Below the pieces are notes generated by a model. That model was not told the origin of the DNA. It did no database searches and worked only from the letters and a program-made list of their open reading frames with translations. Of a stretch of DNA of 64,000 bases, positions 1 to 13,960 are shown piece by piece; position 1 is the first letter of the stretch; the number at the start of each line of letters is the position of its first letter. This DNA is from Octopus sinensis (Eukaryota), in NCBI RefSeq assembly GCF_006345805.1, contig NC_043001.1, positions 61,132,001 through 61,196,000 on the forward strand, given 5' to 3'. The translations under genes and the position numbers were made by a program.

Positions 1-500
1 AAACATTATAAAAAAAATTACTGACTGATGTAGAGATTGACCAAATTAAACAAGCAGTAACGGATAAAAAGCTAAAGAAGATACTAGCGAGGAAAAAAAT
101 TATAGACCAACCCAGGGCTGATAAAAGCGCAGTAAGGATTGACAGAGTTAATGTAAGTCATAGGCAAAGTGAAATACTCTCTGAACCAATCATAAACACA
201 AAGACAGATGAAAATCAAATACATGAAGAAAGTCACACAAATATTGACCTAACTACATGAGCTAAAAAATCAAATCATGATTGGATGGCTGAAAATTAAA
301 GAAACCAGTATGGATGAACGCGATACTCTCCCAAAAAGCAGCGATTCTAACCAAAACCTGAAAATAATTGGCAACATCCACCTTGCACTTCAGGATATAA
401 TTTCAGCTAATGATGCGGATAACATAGATCTCAACCACCTATACTATGCATCCGCGAAAATCTCAACGATTCTATGTGGTGAAATGCCTGGAAATGTATA
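1..500 (+). mobile_element. Decayed N-terminal fragment of an R4/Dong-like non-LTR retrotransposon ORF
   Basis: ORF 277-501 (ERDTLPK...LQDIIS...LNHLYYASA) resembles the pre-RT region of the RLE element at ~54500-54800 (LQEIIS...NLLIYAG). A-rich coding-like composition. Confidence 0.4.
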
Positions 501-544
501 AAATAGCGCCTACTCTGCGAAACTTTTTGTCTGTAAGTATGAGA

Positions 545-896
545 TCATGCGCAGAAGTACTGAGGGAACATCATAGTCATGTGTTCAGAGGGATTATTTG
601 GGGCTTGAGTACTTCCCCTTTGGAAACATGAGTGCTTCATTCAACATCCTTAAACAACCCTTATTCAGGGAACTTTTGAGCGGGATGGGCTACTCGGCCA
701 GAAGAAAATTCTAACTGGGCCCCACCTGCAAGATCATGCGTTGTTTATCTTGATATGAGATCTTCATGTCGCGCACATATGGTTGTGATACATGTGCCTG
801 GTGCACCCTTATCAGACGGGTAGTCTTGATGGGTATACTGGGCTTCTTTTTTTTTTAACCCAGTGTCACTTTATGGCTTGCACTGCTCTCTCACTC
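545..896 (+). mobile_element. Non-coding SINE-like element with (AAT)n tail (family C), 5'-truncated
   Basis: Homologous to the reverse complement of ~34400-34700 and to 62726-62792. Ends directly in the (AAT)n tract at 897. Confidence 0.75.
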
Positions 897-1081
897 AATA
901 ATAATAATAATAAGAAGAAGAAGAAGAAGAATAAGAATAATAATAATAATAATAATAATATAATAATAATAATAAATAATAATAATAATAATAATAATAA
1001 TAAGAATAATAATAAGAAGAATAAGAATAATAATAATAATAAGAAGAAGAAGAAGAATAAGAATAATAATAATAAGAAGAA

Positions 1082-1112
<31 letters not shown>

Positions 1113-1143
1113 AAGAAGAGAAGAAGAAGAAGAAGAAGAAGAA
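897..1143. repeat. (AAT)n/(AAG)n compound microsatellite
   Basis: Directly visible. Confidence 0.98.
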
Positions 1144-1844
1144 TGTAATCAGGGAGATTTTTTGCGTATTTTCAAATGCTTGTAAAATGATGGGATAAAA
1201 AATTCTCAGAAACTATGGTAATAACAATGAGAAGTAAATGATGAGAATTAAATAAAGTGAATTTATACACTGCTAAAAATAACTGACGTGTGGTGTACGA
1301 AAGAAAATGAGAAGAAAATGATGAAAAATGGAGATATATTTATGTTTCTTCGACAAATTATAGGAAAAGTTTTGAAAAGCTAACCTTCTACATAAGAGTA
1401 ATACGGTGGAATATATGGAAAAATCTATCACAGGGCCGGTCTCAGTAGAACTTGTGAGAAAATATTGATAAAAATAAAACTCAGATGTGTGAGTAATCTT
1501 CTGTATAGCAAACTGAATGTAAAAATTGGATGCCTATCATAATAAAAGTAAAAGGCTGTAAGTGTTAACGGCGTAAGCTGAAAAAATAATCATTGAAATA
1601 CAAAATAATATCTGCATTGTAATGACGGTGAAATAGATGAAAAATTGCGTAAGAAAATTTGTTAATGAGTAAAATGTTTTCAGTATTATATTTGACAGGA
1701 TTCAAATAAACGTGAGCGGAACAAAATTAAATAGTTCAAGCTGAAAGAATCGGTGTGTAGTGTATTATGCCGAGAAAAAATTGACCATAACATAAACAGT
1801 GTATTTGTAAAATTGTATTTTTATGCATATATAGTCCAATCTAC

Positions 1845-1956
1845 GTTCGGAGTTTCAATGTTGATGTGGTCTACTTTGACTTTCATGATTTCCTGATGGA
1901 TAAATTAAAGTACCAGACAAGTACTGGCGGCAATGACTGCCCCCTTCCTTCAAAAC
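1845..1956 (+). mobile_element. Old fragment of the tRNA-derived SINE family seen at 37066-37295
   Basis: ctactttgactttcat...gataaattaaagtaccag matches gtcgactttgcctttcat...gataaattaagtaccag. Confidence 0.5.
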
Positions 1957-3641
1957 AGATGATATTTCGATAAAATTTAGAAAGAATTGTTATCACCAAT
2001 GCGGCTGAACTTTACAAATATTTGCTTTGCACAAATGTGGTAGTTCAAATGTGTTAATATCGCGACTAAATAAGCTATTTGTATTTTATGTATCAATTTT
2101 TAAAAACAAACGAAGCAAATCGCTGTTTCGGAGCTAAATTATTTAATCTCTAAATTCTGAATTTTCACTTTTTTATTCTTTCCGTGCTTATTGTTATTAT
2201 CCTTAGCAATATTATCTCATTATATCCACCGCTACATACATGTCTAAGTTCTAGCTAATTTAGCCGGACCTGCATTATAGCCACAATTTCCTTTCGTCAG
2301 TTATTTTGCTTGTTACGGAACATATGCATTTCTACGTTAATTATTTTATGTTGTGCACATTAAGAGGAACATTAAGAGGAACATAGATTTCCTATAAGTG
2401 TAAACAAACGCACACATAAATCACACACATCACACACATGCACAGAAACACATCACGCGCGCGCACACACTCATATTTAGATGCATAACTATTTTTATAT
2501 GCATGTGTATATGCGGGAGTTAGTACTGAAATTTACAGAGGGGTAAATAAATAATTGCGCGGTTGTGTTCCTTTCATTTTATTGCAGTTGGTATGCTGTT
2601 TTGTATAAATAGAGACATCAGCGTAACATTTCTGTTTAGTTTTCAAGTTCTAGCACGTTGTGCTTTTCAAGGTTTAACATGCTAAGGATTTAAATACATA
2701 AATCACACACACACACATACACACATACATATACACAAACACGCACACACACGCACATACATACATGCATACATGCACATGCATTCATACATGCATCTTA
2801 TTCTCCTTTCGATATTCAAAACGTATTGTTGCGTGGATTGATTACAGACATTTCATGCATGAAGTAGTAATCATTTGAACATCACCAATGCGATTTTGGT
2901 CCTTGGGAAATATTACGGTTACAGTAAAGATGGCTTCTATGAAATTAGACCTCAGAGAGTAAAGTGCCGAACTATCTACCACGATAGCTTTATCCAAGAT
3001 CTTAAAGTGTGTAATTCTACAACCATGCCTAAATATATTATGAATATTTTAAAAATAATTCATCCCATTAAATTTATGTTGAATATCTGGCTAACATTGT
3101 AATAGGAAAGTTATATTTGTTTGCTCTTCCGTTTGATGAGAGTCAATTTGGCTATTTGCGTATTATTTGTTGTATCTACCGTCAATGTTTAAATTCGCCG
3201 ATAATAAATGATTCGGAATTGATGTGACAATCGAGAATTGAATGATTAGATAATCATTTGTGAGAGGTGAGTGTAAAGCAGCTTGTAACTGAATTATAGG
3301 TGTTGCAAAGTGATGATATTGAAGAGATGTATGTTATTTAATAAACGTAATATGCTTTATTGATTTGTTTGTATTAATGAATCTGGCGGTGAAATATTCC
3401 TGATAGTTAAGTTGTAAAGTTTGATAGAGGATTAATGGATCTTGAATGCCAAAGATTCTAAGCATTTGGCTGTATAGATTTTATTTTAAGGTACCAACTG
3501 TGATTTTGGCTCCATTATTTATAGAATTATATTTGGTGTTAGTGAAGTTTCGTATAGCTACAAGCAATATTGTTTATATACTATAGTACTTTTGAGTGCA
3601 TATGATACTTGCTTTATCTGCCTTCATAAAATATTTTTGTA

Positions 3642-4043
3642 GGCGCAGGAGTGAATGTGTATTAAGAAGCTTGCTTCCCAACCACAAGTTTCCGGACTCA
3701 GGTCCACTGTGTGACAACTTGGGCAAGGGTCTTCTATATTAGCTTCTGGCCGACCCAAACCTTTTGAGTGAATGTGGTAGACTGAAACTGAAAGAAGCCC
3801 GCCGAATATGCGTGTGCGTGCGTGTGTATATGCTTGTCTGTGTCTGTATACCCATCACCGCTTGACAACCGGCGTCGGTGTGTTTGCGTTCCCAAATCCA
3901 GCGATTCGACAAAAGAGATCGTATTGAATATGAGCCGGGTTTTAAAAAACCAAGTACAGGTGTCGATAAATTCGAGTGAAATTTCTTCAAGGCGGCGCCC
4001 CAGTATGGCCGCAATCAAATGACTGAAACAATTAAAAGAAAAG
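3642..4043 (+). mobile_element. tRNA-derived SINE with CORE-like domain (octopus OR-type resemblance)
   Basis: Head ggcgcaggagtg...aagaagcttgcttcccaaccac, CORE-like aacttgggcaag motif, internal (GT)n and A-rich tail. Reverse-complement copies at 35802-36193, 39086-39215 and 41653-41822. Confidence 0.8.
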
Positions 4044-4243
4044 ACCGAAGAAAAGATAAATTCTCAATGTTACTTATGTTATTCGACAACTTTTTGAACT
4101 AATGTTCATGACATTGAACATTTTAAAGCTTTTCGCAATTTCAAAATGTTCCTTGGTCTACTGTACATATGAGACGGCAGGCCGTACTGTCATATCACTT
4201 CAGAGAAAATGTTTAGGGGCACATCTTTCTTTTTACCTTGTGA

Positions 4244-4365
4244 GCTCTAATCTCCCCGAAATCAACAATGCCTTTCATCCCTTCAGGTCAATAAAATAAA
4301 GTGCCAGTCTAGTTCTGAAGTCATTGTAATCGACTTACCCCTTCTTCCTCAAAATTGCTGCTCTT
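4244..4365 (+). mobile_element. Old SINE fragment (37066 family)
   Basis: gcctttcatcccttcaggtcaataaaataaagtgccag...gtaatcgacttacccc. Confidence 0.55.
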
Positions 4366-4429
4366 GAAACATGCTATGGACCGGCGTCTCTTTCAGGGAG
4401 AATGCTGTCTAACTGGGTTCCTACTTTTG

Positions 4430-6300
4430 TGTCGTCAGCACAACTGGTCCGATTGGCTGACTTACCGCTGAGGTCATGTCTGACAGGGCCACCGCAAATA
4501 GTAGTGGCCCAAGTACAGTTCCTTGTGGGGCGCCCCTGAGAATTGGTGTCTCTTCAGAGTGAGCACCATTGGCTACAACTGACTCATGCCCTTCAGAAAA
4601 TCATGCAGCCACTCTCCCAGTTTCCTGGTGATACCAAGGTTACGCAGCTTGTGACATATGCTATGATCGACCTTGTCGAAGCCTAGGAAAAGTCGAGGTA
4701 TATCACGTCCACAGCTAACGGGTTTAGCTGTTACTTCAGTACCCAGTCAATGTAATGCAGCAACTGTGTGAGGCAGCTCTCCCTGGACGGAAGACATGTT
4801 GCATGTTTGTGAGAATGTTGTTTTCTTCTAGGAACGTTTTCAGCCTTTTTCTGACAATGCATTCCATTGTCCTGCTAACGTGTGAGGTCAGAGAGATGGT
4901 CTTGTAGTTTTTAGCTTCTTCTCTGCTCCTTTTTTTATGGCCAAGGCATATTATAACCTCTTTTAGCATGTTGGGCAGTTTACCACAGGCAAGGAAACTC
5001 TGAAAGAGTATCTGCAGTGGCTTTGAAAGACCCTTTTTACATGTGTTTAAGAGAATAGCTGGGAGTCCATCTGGGCCTGTAGCTGAGTATGATCCCATCT
5101 CATCAATGGCCGATATTACATCATCTTCTGCTATGTTGATGTAATCGATGGTTGCCTCTTTTCTGAATAGATTCATTACATTGAAAAACTCCCTCGTCCT
5201 GTTCATTTCCATATTTTCCAGTGGAGAAGTGAAAACATTTTGGAATTGTTTATTTAGAGCTTCACTTATCTTCCCCGGGTCTGCAGTTAGTGACCCGTTT
5301 TTACTAAATAGTGGCCCTATCTTATGGCGTACTGAGCCAGTCTCCTTTGCCAACGTGTAGAAGGTTTTAGGATTTTATTTTCGACTACCCAGGTCTCTCT
5401 TTCTTCGCTTTATTTTTCATGGGTGATTTGGAGATTAGTTTCTATTTCGAAGAATTTCTCAGTGAGGTGGGATTTCACACTGTCATTAAGGTGCTTGTTT
5501 AAACGATTCGGGATCTTTATCTCCACCGCATGAGTCTCGGGGAATTATGTTTTTGTGTGTATTGGCCCCCTTCTCTGGGATATATTTAACGCATAAGGCT
5601 CGCATTATTGACATGAATTTATTAAGTTTCGTATCTATGTCTTGCATAAGGAGGCTTTTAGACCAGCCCTGCTGGAGTATCTGTTTTTCAAGTGACTTCC
5701 ATCCAGCCTTATACAAATTTAGGCTGGATAGGGTTTGAGAGTCACTGCGCGGAGTTTATCTTTAATTAATTCCGGGCCATACATCATCAGTTCTATCATA
5801 GTCTGAAAATATTGTCCGTGATATATTTACGCTGTGTACAATTTCCACATTGTTGGTAAAACAAAGATCCAGGATATTTTTATGTCTGGTTGGAGAGAGA
5901 GTATGATCTACTCCACGAACAGCATTTTCGTAAGGTCAAGTAGAGATTCTGCTTGATTTCGCTCTTTGTGCGTCATTCCTGGGATTATATTACCCTCAGG
6001 CCACCTGATGTTGGGGAAGTTGACGTCACCCATCAGGAATATAGTAGTGCGTTGATCCAATTGTGTTAATACTTCTTTTATCGCACTGAGGCTTTCCTCA
6101 AATTTTCCATCATGATTTGAAGTATCAGCTGGGCGATCTAGTGTGCAATATCATTATACCAAGTTGCTTTAGATGTACACTGAGTGTGTCACACACCAAG
6201 TTCGCGTGCGATAACATGGTTAATGGTGTGACATCTTCTCGGCTGTACATTGAAACTCTACTGTGACTGCTTTTTCTTTTGTCTGTACGGAAGATTTGTA
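4430..6300 (-). mobile_element. Decayed CR1-like LINE ORF2 (APE endonuclease + N-terminal RT)
   Basis: Minus-strand motifs: IFLMGDVNFPNI (~6030) and ILDLCFTN (~5870) for APE; ATGPDGLPAILL, NYKTISLTSHVSRTMECIV, YLDF..AFDKVDH and GAPQGTVLGPL for RT. Multiple stops and frameshifts. Confidence 0.85.
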
Positions 6301-6636
6301 GAGTCTACGGGATATTTGGATGTTAGCTTACCAAACTTTATAAGGATATTCATCACAAATGCGATTGGCGTTGTATTTTGATTATTCTGAATGTAACGCA
6401 TTAATTTATGTCTGTATTGTCAAAATTCCATCAGTTAATTTGGTCGATTGATATGTTAATGTTCCTAAAGATTCCGAAATTATTTAAATTCACTGAAAGG
6501 TAAATGATGAATCCTTTATTGTATTGAGGATAATTGGTACTTTACACTCACTTACACACACATACATACGTAGACACATACATGATACATACATACATAC
6601 ATACATACATACATAATACATACATACATACATACA

Positions 6637-6668
<32 letters not shown>

Positions 6669-9115
6669 CATATGTAAGTGTGTGCATGCGTGCGTGTGTG
6701 CGCGTGTGATGAGGTGAGTAATCGGCTGTCCTTAAGATTGAACAAATCTATTTTAGCGTGGCATTGGTTACGATCGTAAATTTCTTCATTCATTTCTATA
6801 TATCATTCAGAAATAAAAGCTCTGTATTTCATTGTTTTCTTTTCAATTTGTCTTCATACTTGTTTTATTATTTCAATTCTAGGATAATGAGGTCCATCGT
6901 ACACTCAAGTAGCCCTCAAGTTACATTTATTTCTACCATTAACCACGTATGCTATATGATAAACATTAAGAAGAAAAAAAAGTTGATTTGTTTAGAACTG
7001 AATACTAATATATTAAATCAACACATACAAGAAAAGAGATCGCCAGAGACTGTGAAACAGCATTATGTACGTAGCAATTACACGAGTTCATTAAATAGAT
7101 TAAGCATATTGCTTACAATATAAGTACATTGCTTAAAATATAAACGGCTGCTGATACATTTTAAACTACTAATTATAGCTATTATAGCTCCAAATACCAC
7201 CATCATCATTATTATTTTTATAATTTCCAACACCATTAACACTAATCTTCACTATCAACAAAATCAACCACAATTATAACATCTAATCTGCATCTGAGGT
7301 ATTGTAATACATATCACCAATATCTTTATCATTGTCCATTGAAGAATATTCTATTTAAATCTCTTCCTTAATTGTTTATAAATCAGTGACATCTTTATTA
7401 GTGTTAATATAGCTTAACAGTATGTTAAGAATACCTGCACGCTTGGTTGGCCTAAATATATATTTACGGTTTCAGTTTCATATTTCTTGAAGAAGAACTC
7501 TATAATATTAATCAGTGTCTATTATTTATAAATTACTTAGAAGTTGCAGGTAATGTTCTACATATATATTCGAAAACGAAAGTGCTTTAAAGTATTGCAC
7601 ATGCTTTGAGAAGAGTTCGGAATGATAGCTGTGCAACATTTTTAAGCAATTACAAATATTCTATTATCCTGTCCAGGCTTCAGTAATGCATTTGGAAGTA
7701 GCCCCACTAACTGAAGCAAATTGGAGGTAAATGATACAATGCTGTGTGTAGATATATACAAAATTTATTTAAACCATACACATGTGGTATTCTTTCGATG
7801 AAGCAAAGAAAATCTCTCAAGGAAGAATAGCATGTAAAATACAGAGGGGAAATTCAACGAAAATACAAAAGTTAATGAGAGTGTGTTTTTAACACTTTCA
7901 ATTGGAAAGAAAGTACACAGATAAAGTGCTCTGAAATTGACCTTCAGTAGTGATGGTAGTGAATACAAAAATTAGGAGAGGGAAAGAAACAGAGAAAAGG
8001 GCTAAACGTGAAAGTGGGCAGTAGAAAATCGAGAGGAGAAAAATATAAAAAGTGCCTGTAATAAGAGAAATAACAAGGGAATAATTCAGAGAAGGAGAGA
8101 GAAAGAGAAGGAGAGAATGATTACAAAGGAGGAAAAGAGCGAATTGTCACATCTATAAGTGGCTATAATCCTAGGTCGTGCATTACAAATATAATAGGTA
8201 AAATCTAAATAGAACATGCAAATTATTAACGAAGAAATTTAAACTTGAAAAATAATCCTTGGAAACAGTCACCAAATCTAAATTAATAAAGATCTAACGC
8301 ATGCCAGATTCCTTATACAATGTATGTTGTATAGCATCATCAGTAGTAAGACCATAGACCATAGAGGACACTAAGCGCATAAGAGTTTTCCAGGCCGAAA
8401 ATAAATAATGTGGTCTTCCTTGTTTCGATCTTTTATTAGCAACTAAATCGCTGAGCAAGGCGATTTACCCCACTTCCCGACATTACACGAAGCTCAAGTT
8501 CCCGTATTACCGCAGCTATTATTAGCTTCCGCATCACTCCTTCTTTAACATGGAGAGTTGCAGCAGGCTCTCAGAGCAAACTCTGTAATCCATATTGCTT
8601 TCTAGTGTGGCACTCATCTCGAATTGTCCACGAAAGTGCTGCTGAAAAGATGTAGTCATCTGCAAATAGTCGGTAATATGCATTCATTTCGGCACATCAA
8701 AGACCGACTTGTGTATTTCTTGTCAAATGGTACCTATGCTACTGAAGCCTACCGAAGGCTTGGGACCCACCTTGTTTAAGAGCACTCGCCTTGGCTCTCG
8801 CAGGATAACCTTCAAGCTTAGCTTTGGGGAACAGTTCAAAACACATTTTCACAACCAATACGTCGTTTGTGATTGCTGACTTACCTGAGTATCTCTTCTA
8901 AATTTCTATTTAAGTCTTCTTTTCTGTTTTTCTCTCACGCAACGATCTTGCTGAACTTTGTTCTTTGCACTCTAAACACTGCTTTAAAGCGGAACTACAA
9001 TTTGTTGTTGCAGATTACCCCTGTCAACGCCCGGTTACTGCAATACTAAAAAGAGTTTGTAAATTTGGTGTACTATCTAGTACTATCTAGTACTATCCAT
9101 AGAAGACACAACATA

Positions 9116-10384
9116 CGAGGGGCGTTCAATAAGTAATGCCCCTGACCCACTTCCCATAGCAGTAGAGCAACGACACTTGGCACAGTTATTAGTCTTTTCC
9201 TACATAGGAACTACCCAGAGTTATGCATTTCTCCCATCTTTTGATACAGCTCTGGAGTCCGTTTTTGTAGAAGAACCCAGCTTGGTCCTCCAACCACGAC
9301 GTGACTTCAGAAATCAAGGCTGCATCATCTGGGAAACGCTTTCCTTTCAAAATCAACTTCATGGCTGGGAAGAGGTGAAAATCAGAGGGTGCAAGGGGAG
9401 GAGTTCATAGCTGCACGCCTGTGCTTCTGATCTGGCGACACGCGAGTTGTGGACCGGAGCGTTGTCCTGCAGGAGGAGGATGCCTTTGCTGATCTTGCCC
9501 CGCCTCTTGATTTTGATAGCTTCTCTTAATTTCCTCAAAAGTGAAGCATAATAGGCTCCTGTAATTGTGGTACCCTTTGCCAGGAAATCTGTCATCACTA
9601 ATCCGTCCTGGTCCCAGAAGACTGTGAGCATGACCTTGTCAGCAGAGGCTGCACCCTAGCCTTCTTTGGAGAGTGTGAGTCACGGTGCTTTCACTGCATT
9701 GACTGGGCTTTGGTCTATGGATCATAGTGATGGACCCAGGTTTTATCCTGTGTAATCAGTCTTTTGAAAAAATTTGACTCATCTTCTTGGCACATCTCCA
9801 AATTCATCCTGGAGCACCCAACGCGTTCTTGCTTCTGGAAAGGTGTGAGCAACCTGGAAATCCATCTGGCAGACACCTTTTGCATATGCAAATGGTCATG
9901 AATGATAGTTTCCACAGACCCAGTACTAATCTTGACCTTATGGGCTATTTGGCGAATGGTTATGCGTTGACCTTCCAAAATGGCAGCCTCAGCTTGACGG
10001 ACAGACGTCTCATCAACGGCAGAAGGGGGCGACCAGATCTGGGAGCTGTTTCCACAGAGTTCCGACTATGTTTGAATTCATAATGCCAGCGTTTTATAAG
10101 GTCATATGATGGGGCATCATCACCATAAGTTACTTTAATTTCATCAAAAGTCTCCCGTGGTGTGCGTCCTTTCAAATACAAAAGCCGGATCACTGCTCGA
10201 CACTCAACAGGCTCCATTTCACACTTGACTCAGTTCAAACACCTGTAAATCAGAAACCACAATTAGTTCAGAGCTGTAATTCGCCACTTAATCTATAGAG
10301 GTATCCATAAGTGCACTTGCAAGATTTCAGCTAGATCAAACAACTGCAAATGGGTCAGGGGCATTACTTATTGAACGCACCTCG
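9116..10384 (-). mobile_element. Full-length mariner transposon, 1269 bp
   Basis: 34-bp TIRs cgaggggcgttcaataagtaatgcccctgaccca (1 mismatch) with TA target duplication at 9114-9115 and 10385-10386. Confidence 0.97.
9189..10217 (-). pseudogene. Mariner transposase, frameshifted
   Basis: Three ORF pieces: HTH region (MEPVECRAVIR...PRSGRP), KVSARWISRLL / ITQDKTWVHHYDP, and LQDNAPVH. The YSPDL motif is partly deleted, leaving LAPSDFHLF. Confidence 0.93.
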
Positions 10385-12320
10385 TACTATGAAAATGTCC
10401 AACCCCACAGTCAACAGAAAATAATGAGAAACCTAAAGACTATGTTAAACCCATACAGAGAAGGGCTCACCGACAAAGAATATGATTATATTACTAACTT
10501 CAAAAGTAAATTCAGTCAATTCCTAAGATACACAAAAGTGAGAAAATAAGTAACGCGTGCAGAATAGCTACAGACATAATAATCAATCTACTCCTAATGA
10601 CCTCAAATTAAAACCTATAATATCAGGTCCCGCATGCTATACCTACCGCCTCAGTAACTTTTTAGACACATTCTTAAAACCATTCCTCAGGCATATCAAA
10701 AGCTACATAAGGGACGACGTAGATATGCCTCTCTAAAACAATAAACAAAAACTCCCTACTAGTATCCATCAATGTAGTCAATCTCTATTCTAATATCCTC
10801 TACAGCCTAAGAATAGAGGTAATCCAATTCTGGCTAGAGAATTACTCCATTGAACTCTCACATAACATCAAAAAAGTATTCGTCCTAGGAGGGCTAATAT
10901 TCATCTTCGAAACTACTGCCTTCAAAGACAACTTCTATCGACAAAAATCGGAGACTGCGATGGGTAACAGAATGGCCCCCTTCCTTTCTAACCTAGTCAT
11001 GGGACATCTAGAAATTAGTCTTTGTTGTAAGGTACTATAAATATAGGTCAACCCATTCTCCCTCAACATAGAAAATAACTGGAAGCGGTATCTGGATGAC
11101 TAGTTCATTCTTTGGCATGAAAGTATAGAGAGATTTAAAGAATTTCAAGCACCTATAAATGGACTTGACAGAAACATTCAATCTCTGATGGAATAGAGCC
11201 TTCAACAACTTCCATTCCTCGACATCCTAATTAAGAAATCCAACAACAAAGTAGAAACAGATATATACTACAAACACACGGGCTCCGAGCACTATCTACC
11301 CCAGTCACACTAGAATGAATATCCCCTTCAACCTAGCTAAATGGATTTATACTATAGTTTCTAATACAAGCACCAGGTACACACGACTACATGATATACT
11401 CATTACCAGGAACCACCTACAATCACTATTTGATAAAGACGTTCAACGTGCCCTACAACTCAACATCCACGAACTCAGGTATCCCAAACTAAAGAGGCAT
11501 TTAAAACAACATCACACAAAACCCCCTTAACAATGAAGCCATCGACACCATCCTCCGGAGCATCCCCCTACTAAAGAGGGATGACAGAATGAATTTAATC
11601 CTCCAAATGCACAATCTCATAAGGAGTAAAAGACAACCAAAATCTATGAAAAGACTCTTAACTCGAGCCCAAGTAAGCTTGACAATAACTCTGACGCCGT
11701 TAGTAAAAAAATGCGGAAGACCAAAGTGTAGTATATGCGTCAACCTAATCGAGGGATCGGAATTCTCTTTCAAACAGGGTCAACGTTTTACTGTGAAAAA
11801 CATTTTCACGTGTGCTTCGGAAAACCTAACATATGTATTAACTTGCTCAGGGTGTCAATACATAGGCGAAACCAAAAACAGTCTGCGTTAAGGTATGGCT
11901 CTACATAGATCCCAGATCAAAATTCGGGAATACAGAAAGGTAGCATTCAGCAAATACATCGACACTTGTGCCACTCACGAACAAACCAGCTTCAGAATTT
12001 TTCTCCTCTATAAAGTCAGGGTCTATGCAACCTGTAGTCAGCGATTTAGGGAAGAGTTCTATTTTATCACAAAATATAAACCCCTTTAAACGTGTCCATC
12101 ACCAATGGCATTAATACAGGGGCATTAGAATAATATGCACGCAAATATTAAAACGATATATTCAGTAGAGTCACTACCCATTAATTTATTCAGAACAATT
12201 CCAGTCACTACTATTACAAGCACAACAGATCACTTTTAGGACCTTTGACCATTTAAGAGGATTCCACCAACTTCTTATTACTGTCATACCACTCCCTTTT
12301 TTTATAATTCTTTCTCATAT
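10385..12320 (+). mobile_element. Decayed Penelope-like element (RT + GIY-YIG); its 5' stub ~9095-9115 is split off by the mariner
   Basis: RT motifs LKPIISGP..TYRLSNFLD, VVNLYSNI, QKSETAMG.RMAP, WKRYLDD and LPFLDILI. GIY-YIG region KCGRPKCSIC...NLTYVLTCSGCQYIGETKNSLR (11589-12089). Confidence 0.92.
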
Positions 12321-12392
12321 TTTTATATGATAAATGAGACAACAAAGACAAAAGAGTATGATATTTCTTGGACATTTATAAAGAAAAAGGTA

Positions 12393-12440
12393 GTCTTACA
12401 GCTGTTTCAGTGATATGAAAGATATCCCATCATCAGAGAC
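12393..12440 (-). ncRNA. Minimal type I hammerhead ribozyme motif
   Basis: Minus strand reads GUCU-CUGAUGA-UGGGAUAU(CUUUC)AUAUCACU-GAAA-CAGCUG-UA-AGAC. 4-bp stem I, palindromic stem III insert, imperfect base of stem II. Confidence 0.8.
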
Positions 12441-12745
12441 AAAATGAGAGAGCAAAATAGAAGGAATTTTGTTTCTTTATTTGTCACTTCTCCATTCGGT
12501 ACATGATGCACGGTGTTTACATACAACTATTACTTGTAATTTTATTCACTTATTTATATACATTTATTAGTATATTTAATTCGTTGCGTGATTTGAATTA
12601 TGCTTATGAATTTGTATTCGTTGCCTAGATGTGTTCCTTCTATAATTTCTCTTATCACCCGATTTAGCTCGCAATGAGCACTTCTTAATACAGCCCATAT
12701 GTTGTAAAGTATACTTAAAAATATACTTTATAAGAAACATTTAAC

Positions 12746-12980
<235 letters not shown>

Positions 12981-13299
12981 GATGTATATGCACGTGTGTG
13001 TAAATGAATATATGTACCTATACTCTTTGGGATACACAGATGGACCAAAACAAAATAACAAGTATTCAAGTGATCACTTCATCCTTACACTAGATTTAAA
13101 GAGATAGTAACAAGGACAACGACACCAGCACAATAATGAGCTACAACAACTTCACAAAATGACACTCTCTAGCAATAGTTAACGTCCTCCTTATAAAAGA
13201 AGAATTCGATTCCTTTATGTCACAAGCGTAAAAGACAAAATGGGAAACTAATCTACGGCCTTGTTTTAGAAATGCCATAAGGGTCATGCCTATTTAGCC

Positions 13300-13960
13300 A
13301 TTGCATTCTATATGGTTCATATGGTTTTAAATATCGAATATATTACGTCAAAGCGTGTCTGACTGAAAACTGGGTAATCTGATCCAGGTCAGAAAGATAT
13401 ATACGTTTTCCTATAAAACAAGACCTTTTAGCCGCAAAGCTAAAAATGCATACACTAAAACCACTTCCTATATAAAAAAAAATGAGTAAACAGCATGGCT
13501 GGGGATAAAGTATGTACGCGCGGCTGGGATTAATTGCCATACCATTGTGTAAGGACAGTCAGGTTTTGCGTCTTATAACAAGGTTGCGGGTCAGCATTGT
13601 GTTGAACTTCCTTAACAGATCATATCTCTGTGGCCAACTATAGTCAACGAATATTGAAATGGTTGCAAGTTGCAACGAAAATTTTAGTAAAAGTAAATAA
13701 GTAAATCAGTGAGTGTGTTAAATTAATAAGGCAGAAAGAGAATGACTCCCCAGACACAACAATAACGTAGTTCATAATTTATGTTGATGGCTACTGGAGG
13801 TTGATGGTGTATGTACAGATTCAGATAGAATTGGCAAATTTGAGCTTCAAGTGTGTAACAGAAGACCTTGTCAAGTATATTCCAAGGGATATTGAGTGAG
13901 TCAATCCTATGCCGACATTGTCCAGATGAAACAGGAAATATGGCTGACTGTGAACAAATG
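13300..13960 (-). mobile_element. Highly decayed Penelope-like RT remnant
   Basis: Weak motif traces only (PVSSGQC...ILDKV near 13870-13935; NGMAI near 13540). Confidence 0.3.

Noticed and set aside
9070-9097. gtactatcta x3 short tandem repeat; CRISPR or prokaryotic features generally
   Set aside because: Simple slippage duplication without spacers. The window is eukaryotic repeat DNA with no operon-like structure.
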